Positions 26,221 to 37,098 of a stretch of DNA of 59,504 nucleotides are shown one piece after another. This stretch comes from a virus (lineage: Duplodnaviria; Caudoviricetes): the IMG/VR virus record IMGVR_UViG_3300050021_000174, positions 1 to 59,504 of that record, one strand, 5' to 3'. Position 1 is the stretch's first letter, and the number at the start of each line of letters is the position of its first letter. Under the pieces are notes generated by a model that was given only the letters and a program-made list of their open reading frames with translations, was not told the origin of the DNA and did no database searches. The position numbers and the translations under genes are program-made.

Positions 26221-28533
26221 CTATAGGTTGAGTTTATACCCAAGCACATTAAACGTAGGCGTTGCACCTGCTCCACCCCAATACCAAAGAGTCTGGCCGC
26301 TCAGGATTGGCATTGTTACAAGAATGGTTGTCCCCGCCTGAATGGTAATAAATATATTTGTTCCATCTACACTAAAATTAAGGCCAGTTGTCGCCGCTAC
26401 GGGCTGTAAGGCCGCAAAGGTTACTTCTACTGCATTGGGTGGAATTGTTGTTGATAAGTTCACTGTTCCAGGCGACCCAGATGTATGCGTTCCAACCAAG
26501 GTTACGGGTATCCTGGGATTAATCCATATCTTATCGTTCAACTGATTGCTAAACATCACAATGCTACCGATTCCTATGTAAATACTTCCAACATATCGTA
26601 CATAAGAGTATCCTGTCAGTGGAGTATACCCCGTACTGCCGTCTTGTATGGCTATAAGGTAAGAATCTCCTAAACCGTCTGCATATACGTATAGGTCATA
26701 CCACACCGAACTTAAAACAGAAGGATAATAGGACGAAGGGTCAGTTATATCTGCGTAGAAAATTTTAACAACCGTAGTGTCGGTCCCATTTGACAAAGTT
26801 AAGTCGTGGATATTTGCCATAATGGAATTGGTGCCATGTGTGTTTATGCTTATCTGAGAATAACCGCCGATGGATACGTAACTCTGAGTTGCCAGCGCCC
26901 CCAAAACCTGCCCATTCGAATAGGCTTTCCCGTTCGCAGCACTGAGAAAGAAAGACTGTGCTCCGGCAGCCGTGGTGGCATAAACTCCGGTACTATCCAT
27001 AGCGACCAGCGGATTGCTTGCGGCGGTAGCGAACTTCCCACCCGATAAAAGAGTTACGCTGCTCGCTAGAGTGCTTCCTAACAGTCCGGTCGCCCCTTGA
27101 GCCCCTGTAGCCCCTGTAGCCCCGGCCGGTCCCTGGCTACCCTGTAACCCCGTCGCGCCTTGCGAACCAGAAGAACCCTGTGCCCCGGTTGATCCAGCGG
27201 AGCCTGTAGCCCCTGTCGGTCCTTGACTTCCTTGAAGTCCGGTAGCGCCCTGAGTACCTGCCGGTCCCTGCGCCCCTGTGGCTCCAGTTGAACCGGTTGC
27301 ACCAGATGAACCCTGACTTCCTTGAAGCCCGGTTGATCCTTGAGCACCGTTGGCTCCCTGCGGACCTTGAGGCCCTTGGAAAGCTGCGGAATTAAAATTC
27401 CAGTCGGTGTGTGTGCCTGAGCCGCCTACGGTTGTGGGGTTTATAATAAACGTTGTTCCGGTGTAGGAAACGATATTGCCGGTTATGAAATTGGAAGAAT
27501 TTGCATTCGATGACGTTGTAACTGCCCCGCCAGGCTGATAACCCAAGCCAAGCTGGGTTGTGAAACTGTAATAGGAACCATCATTAGGACTGCCGATAGT
27601 AACAGAGGTAGTGCTGGTGGCCGAGAACGGAGTCCCCGTTCCGCCCTGCGATCCCTGAACTCCCTGTGTCCCCGTTACGCCCTGCGTGCCCTGCGAACCA
27701 GTGGCCCCGGTTGATCCGGTCGGACCTTGTGATCCAGTTGCTCCCTGCGACCCTGTTGTACCAGTAGCTCCTTGTGCTCCTTGCGCTCCCGTCGCCCCCG
27801 TCGCCCCCGTTGCTCCGGTCGGACCTTGGCTTCCCGTTGGTCCCTGTGCTCCAGTTTGTCCGCTTACACCTTGCGTGCCCTGCGGTCCCACGGACCCAGT
27901 AGCACCGGTTGGACCAAGCGATCCCTGCGGACCGGATAATCCCTGCGGACCCATATCGCCCGCAACGCCCTGAACACCTTGGTTCCCTTGCGCTCCGGTA
28001 AGACCCGTAGCACCGGTTGGCCCGGCTGGACCTTGAGCGCCCTGCGGCGTAGTACCAATCGGATAAGATGCAGGATTGCCTGAATCGTCAAACCCGACCA
28101 ACGTCCTAGCGGTAGCCTGAAAATAGGGAACATCTGATTGAGAACTACGGGGTAGTTGAAGCGCACGGTCGGCTTCTTCTTTAAGCTGCTGGACTTGCAG
28201 AGCAAGCTCGTCTAGTCCTGAATTTATAGAAGCTGCCGGTATGTCGGAGTTGGCTACGAAATTTATTCCTTGGGTATACGGAGCTTCCCGCAAAAGAGTT
28301 AGGGTATATCCAATTGGAAGGCTGTTCGTGAGAGTTACGTTCCCCCCCGTTGACACTCCAACCCCCGAAAGAGTGTAGTCTACATTTAAGGTAAGGGTTG
28401 TCTCTACTCCGTTCTCATCGGTAGTCAGGACTAAAAGGTCGGACGATTCCTTTATGATAAAGCTGTACGGGAATGGACCGGTAGCATCCGACCCAGTATA
28501 GGTATTCTTGCATGTGCTGACATTTACTGTCAT
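26221..28533 (-). CDS. Tail fibre with T7-type N-terminal anchor and collagen-like repeats
   Basis: YTG...FPYSF...LNVDYTLSG...GGNV...[11 protein letters not shown]; two long (Gly-X-Y)n blocks. Confidence 0.85.
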   Translation of the reverse strand: MTVNVSTCKNTYTGSDATGPFPYSFIIKESSDLLVLTTDENGVETTLTLNVDYTLSGVGVSTGGNVTLTNSLPIGYTLTLLREAPYTQGINFVANSDIPAASINSGLDELALQVQQLKEEADRALQLPRSSQSDVPYFQATARTLVGFDDSGNPASYPIGTTPQGAQGPAGPTGATGLTGAQGNQGVQGVAGDMGPQGLSGPQGSLGPTGATGSVGPQGTQGVSGQTGAQGPTGSQGPTGATGATGATGAQGAQGATGTTGSQGATGSQGPTGSTGATGSQGTQGVTGTQGVQGSQGGTGTPFSATSTTSVTIGSPNDGSYYSFTTQLGLGYQPGGAVTTSSNANSSNFITGNIVSYTGTTFIINPTTVGGSGTHTDWNFNSAAFQGPQGPQGANGAQGSTGLQGSQGSSGATGSTGATGAQGPAGTQGATGLQGSQGPTGATGSAGSTGAQGSSGSQGATGLQGSQGPAGATGATGAQGATGLLGSTLASSVTLLSGGKFATAASNPLVAMDSTGVYATTAAGAQSFFLSAANGKAYSNGQVLGALATQSYVSIGGYSQISINTHGTNSIMANIHDLTLSNGTDTTVVKIFYADITDPSSYYPSVLSSVWYDLYVYADGLGDSYLIAIQDGSTGYTPLTGYSYVRYVGSIYIGIGSIVMFSNQLNDKIWINPRIPVTLVGTHTSGSPGTVNLSTTIPPNAVEVTFAALQPVAATTGLNFSVDGTNIFITIQAGTTILVTMPILSGQTLWYWGGAGATPTFNVLGYKLNL
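27080..28050 (-). repeat. Two collagen-like Gly-X-Y blocks (GAT/GPT/GSQ/GAQ) separated by a short globular spacer
   Basis: Gly at every third residue over ~27080-27390 and ~27630-28050. Confidence 0.9.
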
Positions 28534-29795
28534 GATGACTCCTGAATTTTAGGTATTGATATACCATGATCTTGCATTTTGTTCCATTCGGTCTTTGTTT
28601 TATCTATAGCCTCAAGGGAGGACTCAAGCCCCTCTGCCTTTAGTTCGTCGCGTATCTCTATAATGTTGCCTTTGCATTCTTCCCACGTCGAACCCGTGAC
28701 GGCGATGGTTCCCAAGGTTCCGTTTGGACACGGTTGAGGAAGGACATAACAGGTTCCGTCTATTTCACAAGAGTATCGCAGCTTGATATTGTTCCTGTAT
28801 TTTGGCGGAAAGTATATCGGCAAGGCTTCCGTCTTGGCTGTCTCTGAATAGAGGCATAGTTCCATAGCGCATTTATCGGCGAACTCTGGCTCCACTACTT
28901 TGCCCTGAGCGCCCCCCGAATATATTTTCGGCCAATTTATAACTAGGTTCAATTTGGCCCCGAAACTTGGCGCACCCTCTCTCATGCAAATATCTATTGC
29001 CTTATAGGCTCCATTTTTCTGAACCCTCAATTCGCAAGGCGTGTTGCTGCGGCATCGGTATTTTTTAAGAGTGGGGGCTATTTTTGCATTGTAATCTATC
29101 ACCTGTTCGGGAAGTTGATCGTAGTCCATAGTTTTGCAGAAGTAGGCTTCGCTTTTGATCTCGACACCAAAGACTGTCTTTTGGGGATACTCGCCATCAA
29201 TGCAATACAAATCGTAGGAAATTTCCACCGCATCGGGGACTTCTTCTTCAACAAGGAAGTCCTGCGTTTCTTTCCACGGCCCAAGGTCGCGTGCGAGTCG
29301 GTCCAGTTTACCTTCGGACATCTTGAGGCTATCTGACCTGAATGTTTCGCACATTCCTCTAATTATCGATATTTTAACGTACACCCCTTCGTGAGTTTTC
29401 AAATACTTGCGGAGTGCTGTTATCCCAGCCACAACTTCGTAATTTGGAGCTGGGATATTTAGCTCTTGGAAAAGTTCTTTACACTCGATTCTGAAATTCT
29501 CAATATCTTCTGCCATTTTCGCAGACCAAACATTCTCCCCCATGCCTTCAAGGTGGACAGCCAAATCACCATAAAGAATGTCCGGCATAATCCAAGTATA
29601 TCCTTGCCCTATAAGGTGATAAAAGTCATTGACTCGCGTTACGCCTTTGTAGCCAACGCCAACCTGAAGCTGAAATTGGCTCGGAAAAGCACTGGCCCAA
29701 TTTGAGAAATAGGCTGATTTTTCCGCACCCTGGACGGCCAATGTCCGACTCAATTCACAAAACAACCCTTGGTCAACCACTATAAACTTATCCAT
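28530..29795 (-). CDS. ATP-grasp ligase, PurD (GAR synthetase)-like
   Basis: IENFR...[12 protein letters not shown]...VYVKIS...FLVEEEV..AVEISYD...R.G.P. Confidence 0.65.
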   Translation of the reverse strand: MDKFIVVDQGLFCELSRTLAVQGAEKSAYFSNWASAFPSQFQLQVGVGYKGVTRVNDFYHLIGQGYTWIMPDILYGDLAVHLEGMGENVWSAKMAEDIENFRIECKELFQELNIPAPNYEVVAGITALRKYLKTHEGVYVKISIIRGMCETFRSDSLKMSEGKLDRLARDLGPWKETQDFLVEEEVPDAVEISYDLYCIDGEYPQKTVFGVEIKSEAYFCKTMDYDQLPEQVIDYNAKIAPTLKKYRCRSNTPCELRVQKNGAYKAIDICMREGAPSFGAKLNLVINWPKIYSGGAQGKVVEPEFADKCAMELCLYSETAKTEALPIYFPPKYRNNIKLRYSCEIDGTCYVLPQPCPNGTLGTIAVTGSTWEECKGNIIEIRDELKAEGLESSLEAIDKTKTEWNKMQDHGISIPKIQESS

Positions 29796-29980
29796 CACTT
29801 CTTTTCCCACACACTGAACTCGACACGTTTCAGCGGTGTACCACACTCACCACAATCATTGTTCACAAGCGGCGGGTGCGGGCTGTCTTCGCAGGATACG
29901 ATTTTGCGCTCGATAAACTTTCCGCAACCGTCACACCAATGTTTTGCCGGTGGATACTCATCCCGATATTCGTAGTTCAT
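29795..29980 (-). CDS. Small zinc-ribbon protein (FmdB-like)
   Basis: YEY...CDGCG...CGECG..LKRV. Confidence 0.55.
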   Translation of the reverse strand: MNYEYRDEYPPAKHWCDGCGKFIERKIVSCEDSPHPPLVNNDCGECGTPLKRVEFSVWEKK

Positions 29981-30216
29981 TACTTTTTCTCCACAAGCAT
30001 CCGGTATCTTCCCGCCGCGTGTTGCCTTCCATCTGACCCCTTAACCGTTCCGGCTTTAGGCTGCGTAGAAATCCTCGCATCATTGCTGCTGTGCGCCTGC
30101 CCTCGAACCCCAACCCTGAGCTTGTCTGGCTTGCTCGATTTGCCGGACCTACTCTTGAGGGACTTTACGGCCTTGCTGGATTTACCCGGTGATTTGCCAG
30201 TGAGTATGGTTGCCAT
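29980..30216 (-). CDS. Small basic protein
   Basis: K/R/S/G-rich 78 aa, coupled to its neighbours. Confidence 0.5.
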   Translation of the reverse strand: MATILTGKSPGKSSKAVKSLKSRSGKSSKPDKLRVGVRGQAHSSNDARISTQPKAGTVKGSDGRQHAAGRYRMLVEKK

Positions 30217-33200
30217 TTAATCGTGTTCCTTTTTAATCATGTCCCTGAAGCGGCTTTTTTGCTCCTTGCCAATGGAGCGTGAACGGTTGATCTTGCCGTG
30301 GATTGTTTCCCGGACTTGATCGCGCTGTTCGGGAGTTAGGACTTCCATGTACGTCCTAACGGCTACCTCTACATTCAGTCCCTTGATCCGTTCTTTTAGC
30401 TCTGAGAGTTTGGCACCCTTCTCGATCTTTCTTTTTTGATCTGGCGTGATTTTCCCGGCATTAACCGCTTCTTCCAATTTGGACTTTGCGTCTTGGGCCG
30501 ACTGCCCACCGATCCTAAGACCCTTTTCGGACTCCTTTTTAAGTTCTCGACGTTCCTTGCTCTTGGGGGTGGCCCCGGTGTAATGCGGGTAGTCTGATTG
30601 AATATTTCTGATCCCACGCTCCCATTCGGGAATTTCATTTACCGAAGCGGTACGAAGCCCCAACCCCTTTGTCAGCGAATCAAATCCGTCAGCCTGTCCA
30701 GTTACCCATCCGAATACATTCTGAAAAGGAATTGGAAGTTTACTTGCCGCCTGAGACAGAATGAAGGATGGAGTTTGCGCCCAGCTCACAGGGCCGGTTG
30801 ATTTTATAGGAGCAGTCAGCTTTCCTTTTAGGTCGCCCTTTGCAGTTATCCCGGCGAGTTGGTCCCACGTAGTGAACGGGTCTCCCTTCCAGTCTATCCC
30901 GGTGAATGCCTCTATTATGGGATTGACCACCATCGGAGAAGCCTTGTGATCTAACGTGGCTATTGGGTGAGCCATCCAGTTTAGAGCATCGGTCATATGT
31001 CCGAAAATTCCGAAGTATTTTCTTTTATCCGGCGGGGAACCCAAGAGCCGAGCGATGGGGGTTATGTCCACATCTAACCAACGGAGTTTCCCGGCGGACC
31101 ATGCTTCTTTGTACCTATCGAAAAATGATTTGTCGTCAAATGCCGACACCAAAAGGTTTGCCGTTACTGTAGCAGCCATACCTCGTGCTGCAACAGAAGC
31201 CCAGAACCGCTGATAGAGTTTGGCTTCTTCGCCGGTCCCGAACGCCTTTACGAACTGCCTAAAGTTACTTTCAGTCCAATCGGGGGCTAATGCTCCGAGC
31301 CTAAACATGTGCTGCCCTGTGGGATTGCGTTCGAGTCGATCCAGGTTCAACCCGCCGAAGTTGTTATTTACGTATTCGGATATTGCCTTTGCCCTGAACT
31401 CCGGTGACCAGTATGGGAACTGCTTCAGGGAGTATTGGTATTCAAGGATAGCGGCCCTAGCCTTTAATCCCGCGCCGAACTTCCCAAACAGGAATTTGGT
31501 CTGTTTCTCGGCAAAGTCAACGAACGCTTGCCGAGCGGCTGTGCCTCCCGGTATTTTCTCTATGGCCTTTGCGATTCTACCCTTTTCCGATTGCCAAACT
31601 CTTTCTTCCCACTCCTGTTGCTTCCCAATGGTAAGACCGCCGTTTTCGACAAGCTCTTTCAGGATAGGGTGATCTTCTCCAATCGCTTTTAGCCCAGCCC
31701 TGTAAGCAGCACGTGGGCTTAGATTCTTTGCTCCTCCTTCGAGTATTCCGTGAGTGCCGAGAAGATATGACCGCATGAACGCCTGATGGTGAAACAGAGA
31801 CGTCATTAGCAGGATTGATTTAGCCTGAGCGTTAAATTTTGTAGCTGAGTCTAAAATCTGTCCCGTCCACCCGGGCAGGTTCTTTAGTGCCGATGAACCC
31901 ATAATATTATTGAGTGAATCAGCTACCTCGTCAGGGGCGTAGAGTTCAGACTTCCGTAGAATGGTGCCATCTTCCGCGACTACCAAATCTTTTCTGACTA
32001 TCGGTTCAAACTTGTGACCGGATACTTCAGCCTTGTCCTGAATGGCGATGATACGTTCTTTCATGTTTTCGATAACGGTTTGAGTTCCAGCGCCGCCGTT
32101 AGTGCCACTAGCCTTTATCTTGGCGATGTAGTTTGCTGCCTCACCTTCCGACATTCCCCTGAGTTTGAGCGATTCGCGGACAACCTCTTCGAGTCTTGCT
32201 ATTGGCCCCGATGTTGCCGATCCTGCCGCTCCAGTGGTTGTCGTCGTAGAAGTTGTACTCACGGTATCCGACAACTCTTGAACGTGCTTTAAAATTGTCT
32301 CGACCTTGATGCTTCCAAAATACCGGTAAGCCTTAAAGTTCGGGTGGTTGACCTGTTTGTATCCTTCTTCGGGGTGATCGAGTAAAAGGGCCTTCCCGTC
32401 TTTCCACTTCGCCTTAGCCATTCGTTTGAGAACGGCTTTGTCTTCTATAACCTTAGATATTTCATCCTTCAGGATGCGTAGGTTGTTCGTAGCGCCCTCG
32501 ACTTGAAGTTCCCGCCCGAATGCCTGGCCTTCAATGATCGTGTCAAATATGCGCTTCTTGGCATGTCCTGTGGTGGTTCCAAACTTACGGGTGAGTTCGG
32601 ATAGGGCCTGCTCGCCTTCTGCCTTTGGCTTCCAAACGCGCGCCGCGTAGTTGTCAAGTACATTCTTGATAACCCCTGCGTCCAGAGCTTCAAGCCCTAT
32701 CTCGTCATAGGCTTTCCGTATCTGAGCGGCGAGCTTTCTAAACTCGGGGTCTTTCTGAAACTCCATTGCGTTGCGAACGACCTGGCGCTGCTCTTCGGTA
32801 AGATATTGCCAGTAACGGGAAATGTGATTAGGATCGCGTTGGGTATCAAGGATCAACTGAAGAGCCTTGTCTATATCCTCACTCTTTTGCCCGAAATGTT
32901 TCTCCCCGGATACCGTCTTTATCTGCTGTTGGAGCTTGTCGGCTTCAACCCCGTTTCGCCAAATCTTGTAATCCTTTTGCCCTATCCACCGGCTCTTTAT
33001 TTTATTAACAGCGGATTGCCATGCGGTAGGTGTTGAAAGTTTGGGCTTGAGAAGACTTGATAGTTTCCCTGCCGCTCCCGTCGGGGCAATCGGTTCCGCA
33101 AACATCTGGAACGGATTGTCTTCCAGCCATTCGCTTAACTGATCGGGAGTCTGGATGTCCTTTGATTTTCCAAGGGCGGTGGCTTTCTCGGCAAGGTTTT

Positions 33201-34167
33201 TGCGCTGCGACTCCCCGTAGGTACTCGCATATTGAAAACCATAGGGCAGAATGTGTCTCTGCGGCTCTTCGCCTTCATTGACCGGCATCTGAACTTGTGG
33301 CGCAATCCCCGGCAGTAACTCAACGTCTTCCGGTTTTACTTCCCTAACACCTTGTACTTCCTGTTCAGTCTGACCGGTTCTAAACTTCGCACCTGCCCCT
33401 GCGAGCCCCGTTTTCTTCTCTCCAACCGGCAGTACGTCTTCGTCCGTAATGGGCGTGATATCCAGGTTGACTACACCCTGTTCGTCCACCATTACCGTTT
33501 CCCCGGTTTCCGTCTTCTGCGGGTGGAGCATACCACCGGGGGATTCAGATGTATCTTCTGATGCTTCTGTGGATGTTGGCGAGAACACGTCCGTCATCAT
33601 ATCAAAGAAGGATTGCTGGGAGCGCCCCGGTTCTTGAGCCGTGCGTTCTCTTATCTGGGCGTTCTTATCGTGCTTGGCGGGTTGCCCGTTGTATGCCAGT
33701 TCGAACTTGGCAACATGAGCGGGAGTATCGTAATATTCGCGGCTCTTTTTGTTGTATCCTTTTCTGCCTTCCCAATCGGGATGCCCGGAGTTCCAGATAG
33801 ATGCTATCTGCTTGGGACTGTATCCCTGATTGACATAACCCAAAACCTCATTTTTAGTAACTGCATCCTCATATTGTTTCATGGGAAGCGGTTCGTTCCC
33901 CAACCCTGCTTTTTGAGCATATTTGGCCGAAGCTGTATTCCAAGTCTTTGTCGTGTACTGGTACTTGCCGCCGTACTCCCCATAATTGTTGCCGATAAAA
34001 GCCTTGGGGTTCCTACCCCCGCTGCTTTCTACTCCCGACAAAGCCCCTACTATCCGATCAACATCAGGATGATCGGCCGGTATGTGCTTGGCATCAGGCC
34101 CATAGCTTGTCTGCGCAGGCTCAACAAAATTTACAGGCTGAATTTGATCGTCAGAAATCGGGATCAT
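30217..34167 (-). CDS. Large internal virion (ejection) protein with N-terminal lytic-transglycosylase-like domain
   Basis: ALSGVESSGG...GKYQY...TWN...WNSG; 1316 aa; third gene of the podovirus internal-protein trio. Confidence 0.7.
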   Translation of the reverse strand: MIPISDDQIQPVNFVEPAQTSYGPDAKHIPADHPDVDRIVGALSGVESSGGRNPKAFIGNNYGEYGGKYQYTTKTWNTASAKYAQKAGLGNEPLPMKQYEDAVTKNEVLGYVNQGYSPKQIASIWNSGHPDWEGRKGYNKKSREYYDTPAHVAKFELAYNGQPAKHDKNAQIRERTAQEPGRSQQSFFDMMTDVFSPTSTEASEDTSESPGGMLHPQKTETGETVMVDEQGVVNLDITPITDEDVLPVGEKKTGLAGAGAKFRTGQTEQEVQGVREVKPEDVELLPGIAPQVQMPVNEGEEPQRHILPYGFQYASTYGESQRKNLAEKATALGKSKDIQTPDQLSEWLEDNPFQMFAEPIAPTGAAGKLSSLLKPKLSTPTAWQSAVNKIKSRWIGQKDYKIWRNGVEADKLQQQIKTVSGEKHFGQKSEDIDKALQLILDTQRDPNHISRYWQYLTEEQRQVVRNAMEFQKDPEFRKLAAQIRKAYDEIGLEALDAGVIKNVLDNYAARVWKPKAEGEQALSELTRKFGTTTGHAKKRIFDTIIEGQAFGRELQVEGATNNLRILKDEISKVIEDKAVLKRMAKAKWKDGKALLLDHPEEGYKQVNHPNFKAYRYFGSIKVETILKHVQELSDTVSTTSTTTTTGAAGSATSGPIARLEEVVRESLKLRGMSEGEAANYIAKIKASGTNGGAGTQTVIENMKERIIAIQDKAEVSGHKFEPIVRKDLVVAEDGTILRKSELYAPDEVADSLNNIMGSSALKNLPGWTGQILDSATKFNAQAKSILLMTSLFHHQAFMRSYLLGTHGILEGGAKNLSPRAAYRAGLKAIGEDHPILKELVENGGLTIGKQQEWEERVWQSEKGRIAKAIEKIPGGTAARQAFVDFAEKQTKFLFGKFGAGLKARAAILEYQYSLKQFPYWSPEFRAKAISEYVNNNFGGLNLDRLERNPTGQHMFRLGALAPDWTESNFRQFVKAFGTGEEAKLYQRFWASVAARGMAATVTANLLVSAFDDKSFFDRYKEAWSAGKLRWLDVDITPIARLLGSPPDKRKYFGIFGHMTDALNWMAHPIATLDHKASPMVVNPIIEAFTGIDWKGDPFTTWDQLAGITAKGDLKGKLTAPIKSTGPVSWAQTPSFILSQAASKLPIPFQNVFGWVTGQADGFDSLTKGLGLRTASVNEIPEWERGIRNIQSDYPHYTGATPKSKERRELKKESEKGLRIGGQSAQDAKSKLEEAVNAGKITPDQKRKIEKGAKLSELKERIKGLNVEVAVRTYMEVLTPEQRDQVRETIHGKINRSRSIGKEQKSRFRDMIKKEHD

Positions 34168-36533
34168 TCTTCGCCCTCGTCGGGTTCTTCTTTATCGTCT
34201 TCCGGTATCCGCTCGTCATCAGCCTCTTCTTCGCGGTCCTTAGCATCTTCTTTTTCTTCGGGAAGTTCGGGAATGGTTTGAGCTTGGCGTTTTGTTTTGC
34301 CGCGCTGTTCCTGCATGGCTTCTTCTATCTTGTCTTGCGGTCCCATTTCGGAATGGTGTTTTGCAGCGTAAGCATCAGCTTCTTCTGCGGTATTAAATAT
34401 CCCTAAATGTTTCCCGTCCTTCTTGTATTTTTCAACCACTTCTTTATTTGTCATCTTGCGGCCATCGTCATCCAACGTGGGAAGCAGAACTTCTTTTCCT
34501 TCGATCTCAAAACTACTCGACTGAACCGACGATACCGAACCGTCTTTATTCTTAACCACTGGCCGGGTGTTGTAATCAATGTTGCCGGGAACTAAGGGCT
34601 GAATATCATCTGGTTCCGTTATCTCGTTCTCCTGCTTCTCGCTGCCCTTGCCCACCGTGAACATTCTGCCATCTGGAGCTTGATAGATCGGTTCGCCGGT
34701 ATTTTTATCATGTCCCACGAGTTGAGGCTTCTGTGTAGTGTCAACTATCTTGGAACCGTCTGGAAGTTGGAATGCCGGGGCACCTGTCTTTTTGTCGATG
34801 CCTATAAACTTGGGCTTCTGCTTCTCTTCGGCTTGTTGCGGTTGCTGCGTTGCCTTCTTTCCCCCCGGTTCCGGTCGCTCTGGCAACGGCAACTTGCCCG
34901 TAGAAGACGCATCTTTACCTTGGGGTTTATAGACTTCGCCCTTCATTAACTCTCCTGCTTTGTCGAGAATGGCAGGGCCAGACAGCTTATCTTCGCCAAC
35001 CGATTCGGTTAGCGACTGGATAAAGGCGTTTCTTTTCGCAGAGACGGCCAGAACATCGTCTGTATTGTTTGCATCGGCCCAATCGTCTTTGTGCGCCTTA
35101 TCGTACATCTTGAGCGCCGTTTTGAACTCAGGCGCCTTTGCGGGGTCTTGGGCTGTCTGCCTTAGCTTGTCCAGCTTGTCGGCCGAAGCATTGCTTAATC
35201 CGTGAAGCCTTAAATCGTCAATATCCTTCCGATCTGAAATATGATCGTCCCTATCGGGATCAAGTATGCGTTGCCTTGCATCGGCATAGACACTAGGATC
35301 GGTTCGGTTCTTGGCCTTATCGTCGGACGCAATATGCTTCTGCGCCCACTCAATATCCTTTGGGTCGGTGATCTTCTCTTTGGTTTTCTTATCAGTATAA
35401 GAAGAAATATTGCTCGCGTTCGTCTCGCCCTTAATAACGCTATCCCTGAACCTGTCGCTTACCTCGCCTGCTTTCTGTGCCTCCACATTATCTACGTGCT
35501 GCTTTTGCGCCCTGATGTCCGTACAAAGACTTCTGGAGGTCTTTTCGGTCAACCCCCAAGTGGACCAATTAGCAGGGTTATGAACATCGTCCCACGCTTT
35601 GTCAAAGTCGCCGTTTGCGGAAGTCAGATTGTACGTGCTGAATATGTTTTTAGATGCGGCCTCATAGTCCTTTGGGGCTTGCTGTTCCTTCTCGTATCTA
35701 TCCTGTGCTCTGGCTTCATGCAGGAGAGCGGTGCTTCGTTTCTCAGCCTGCCTGATAACCAAGTCCTTAGTCTTCTCACTTAGTCCCTGGTAGACAACGT
35801 CGCCATCCTTATTTTTTATTTGAGCGTATTCACTCTTAGGGTCATTCAGCTTGGCTATTAATGCCTGCGGGTTCTCCCACGCTTCCCGCTGTGCTCGCTG
35901 ATGGAGTGTGTTCTCGATAAACTTACTTCTTTGTTCGACATATTTCTCGGCGTCAATAGCTCCCGAATGATATAGTCCGTCTAAAGTTGCAAGCCCACCC
36001 TTGCGAGAGTCGTGGAAGGATTGAGCACTTGGAGCACTGATCGCTGCATTTCCGAACTTGGAAAGATTCTCGACGCCTCCCGCCCTAAGCTGATCTACCT
36101 GAGTAGTTCGCACTGCATGGTTCACATCGTTGGTATAGGACACTGAATGGAGCGTCATTTGGTTGTCGAGGTGCTGCTTGGCAAGCGGGTCTTTCGTCTG
36201 GTCTAAAATGCTCTTGTGAAGCTCCCCAACCTTCTGCTTCCACAGTTCGTTGCCGCTATCGGGGTTCTGCTTGAAATCAGGGCTGGAAGTAATCTGGTGA
36301 TAGAGTGCAGCGGCCTGTGTCTGAAAGTTTGCCATGCCGGTTGATACTTGATGCGCCTGTTGCGCCTCTTCCAGTTTCTTGCCCCACTGGGTTGCGATAT
36401 TGCTAACCTCTTCGCCAGCATGTTCAAGTGCGGCGCTGGGCGCAAGTTTGGCGTAGCTTAACGGAATCTTGGCTGCTTCCACGTTGCCGTGAGGAAGTTC
36501 TTTGCTCTCGTATGTGGGGATTACTGGAGACAT
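34164..36533 (-). CDS. Internal virion protein
   Basis: MSPVIPTYE start, helical composition, position after tail genes. Confidence 0.65.
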   Translation of the reverse strand: MSPVIPTYESKELPHGNVEAAKIPLSYAKLAPSAALEHAGEEVSNIATQWGKKLEEAQQAHQVSTGMANFQTQAAALYHQITSSPDFKQNPDSGNELWKQKVGELHKSILDQTKDPLAKQHLDNQMTLHSVSYTNDVNHAVRTTQVDQLRAGGVENLSKFGNAAISAPSAQSFHDSRKGGLATLDGLYHSGAIDAEKYVEQRSKFIENTLHQRAQREAWENPQALIAKLNDPKSEYAQIKNKDGDVVYQGLSEKTKDLVIRQAEKRSTALLHEARAQDRYEKEQQAPKDYEAASKNIFSTYNLTSANGDFDKAWDDVHNPANWSTWGLTEKTSRSLCTDIRAQKQHVDNVEAQKAGEVSDRFRDSVIKGETNASNISSYTDKKTKEKITDPKDIEWAQKHIASDDKAKNRTDPSVYADARQRILDPDRDDHISDRKDIDDLRLHGLSNASADKLDKLRQTAQDPAKAPEFKTALKMYDKAHKDDWADANNTDDVLAVSAKRNAFIQSLTESVGEDKLSGPAILDKAGELMKGEVYKPQGKDASSTGKLPLPERPEPGGKKATQQPQQAEEKQKPKFIGIDKKTGAPAFQLPDGSKIVDTTQKPQLVGHDKNTGEPIYQAPDGRMFTVGKGSEKQENEITEPDDIQPLVPGNIDYNTRPVVKNKDGSVSSVQSSSFEIEGKEVLLPTLDDDGRKMTNKEVVEKYKKDGKHLGIFNTAEEADAYAAKHHSEMGPQDKIEEAMQEQRGKTKRQAQTIPELPEEKEDAKDREEEADDERIPEDDKEEPDEGEE

Positions 36534-36540
36534 TTAAGGA

Positions 36541-37098
36541 TTAACTCCCTGTATTTAGAAGCGATGAACCGGCACCGCCGGGCATAAATGCTTTGCTTAC
36601 TCCGGTCAGAAGCGTTGTCCCCGCATTCATGAATCCAGAAGTCTCGGCGTTCTTAGCTGCCCAATCGTCTGTATTGGCTTGCATGCCACCCACTCTCAGG
36701 GCTACATCTCCGCTATATCCGGTGTATTGAATATCTCGCTCGTACTGGCTGTACGTGTTTGCCATAACGTCAAGCGGTGTTCCGACCCCAGGATCGACTC
36801 CGGCTCCACCGTACTTGGCAATCTGGCTTCCGATCATCTTCCGTCGCTGTTCAGATAGATCGAGCTGCTTCGCCTTATCGGTCTGATCGGTCATCTGCCC
36901 TTGAATGCGGGCGACGTTGGCGTTCTGTTGGAGGATAGCTGCCTGAGTTTTGCCCTGCTCGATTGAGCCGACAGCACTCATGGCAGTCCCGGCAAGTGCT
37001 ATAAAGGGGAGTATGGCGGCAAAAGGTCCGAACCTGACATTAGCTGGATAGGGGAAATCTGGTGTCCCTACCCAGAAGGTATCTACGAGGGTCTGCAT
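36541..37098 (-). CDS. Internal virion protein (T7 gp14-like)
   Basis: Hydrophobic N-terminus AMSAVGSIEQG...GSQIAKYGGAGVD..GTPLDV. Confidence 0.7.
   Translation of the reverse strand: MQTLVDTFWVGTPDFPYPANVRFGPFAAILPFIALAGTAMSAVGSIEQGKTQAAILQQNANVARIQGQMTDQTDKAKQLDLSEQRRKMIGSQIAKYGGAGVDPGVGTPLDVMANTYSQYERDIQYTGYSGDVALRVGGMQANTDDWAAKNAETSGFMNAGTTLLTGVSKAFMPGGAGSSLLNTGS

Noticed and set aside
27078-28205. Alternative-frame ORFs in the tail fibre
   Set aside because: By-products of collagen codon periodicity
24935-28533. Diversity-generating retroelement, expected from the BPP-1-like virion genes
   Set aside because: No reverse transcriptase ORF and no TR/VR repeat pair seen
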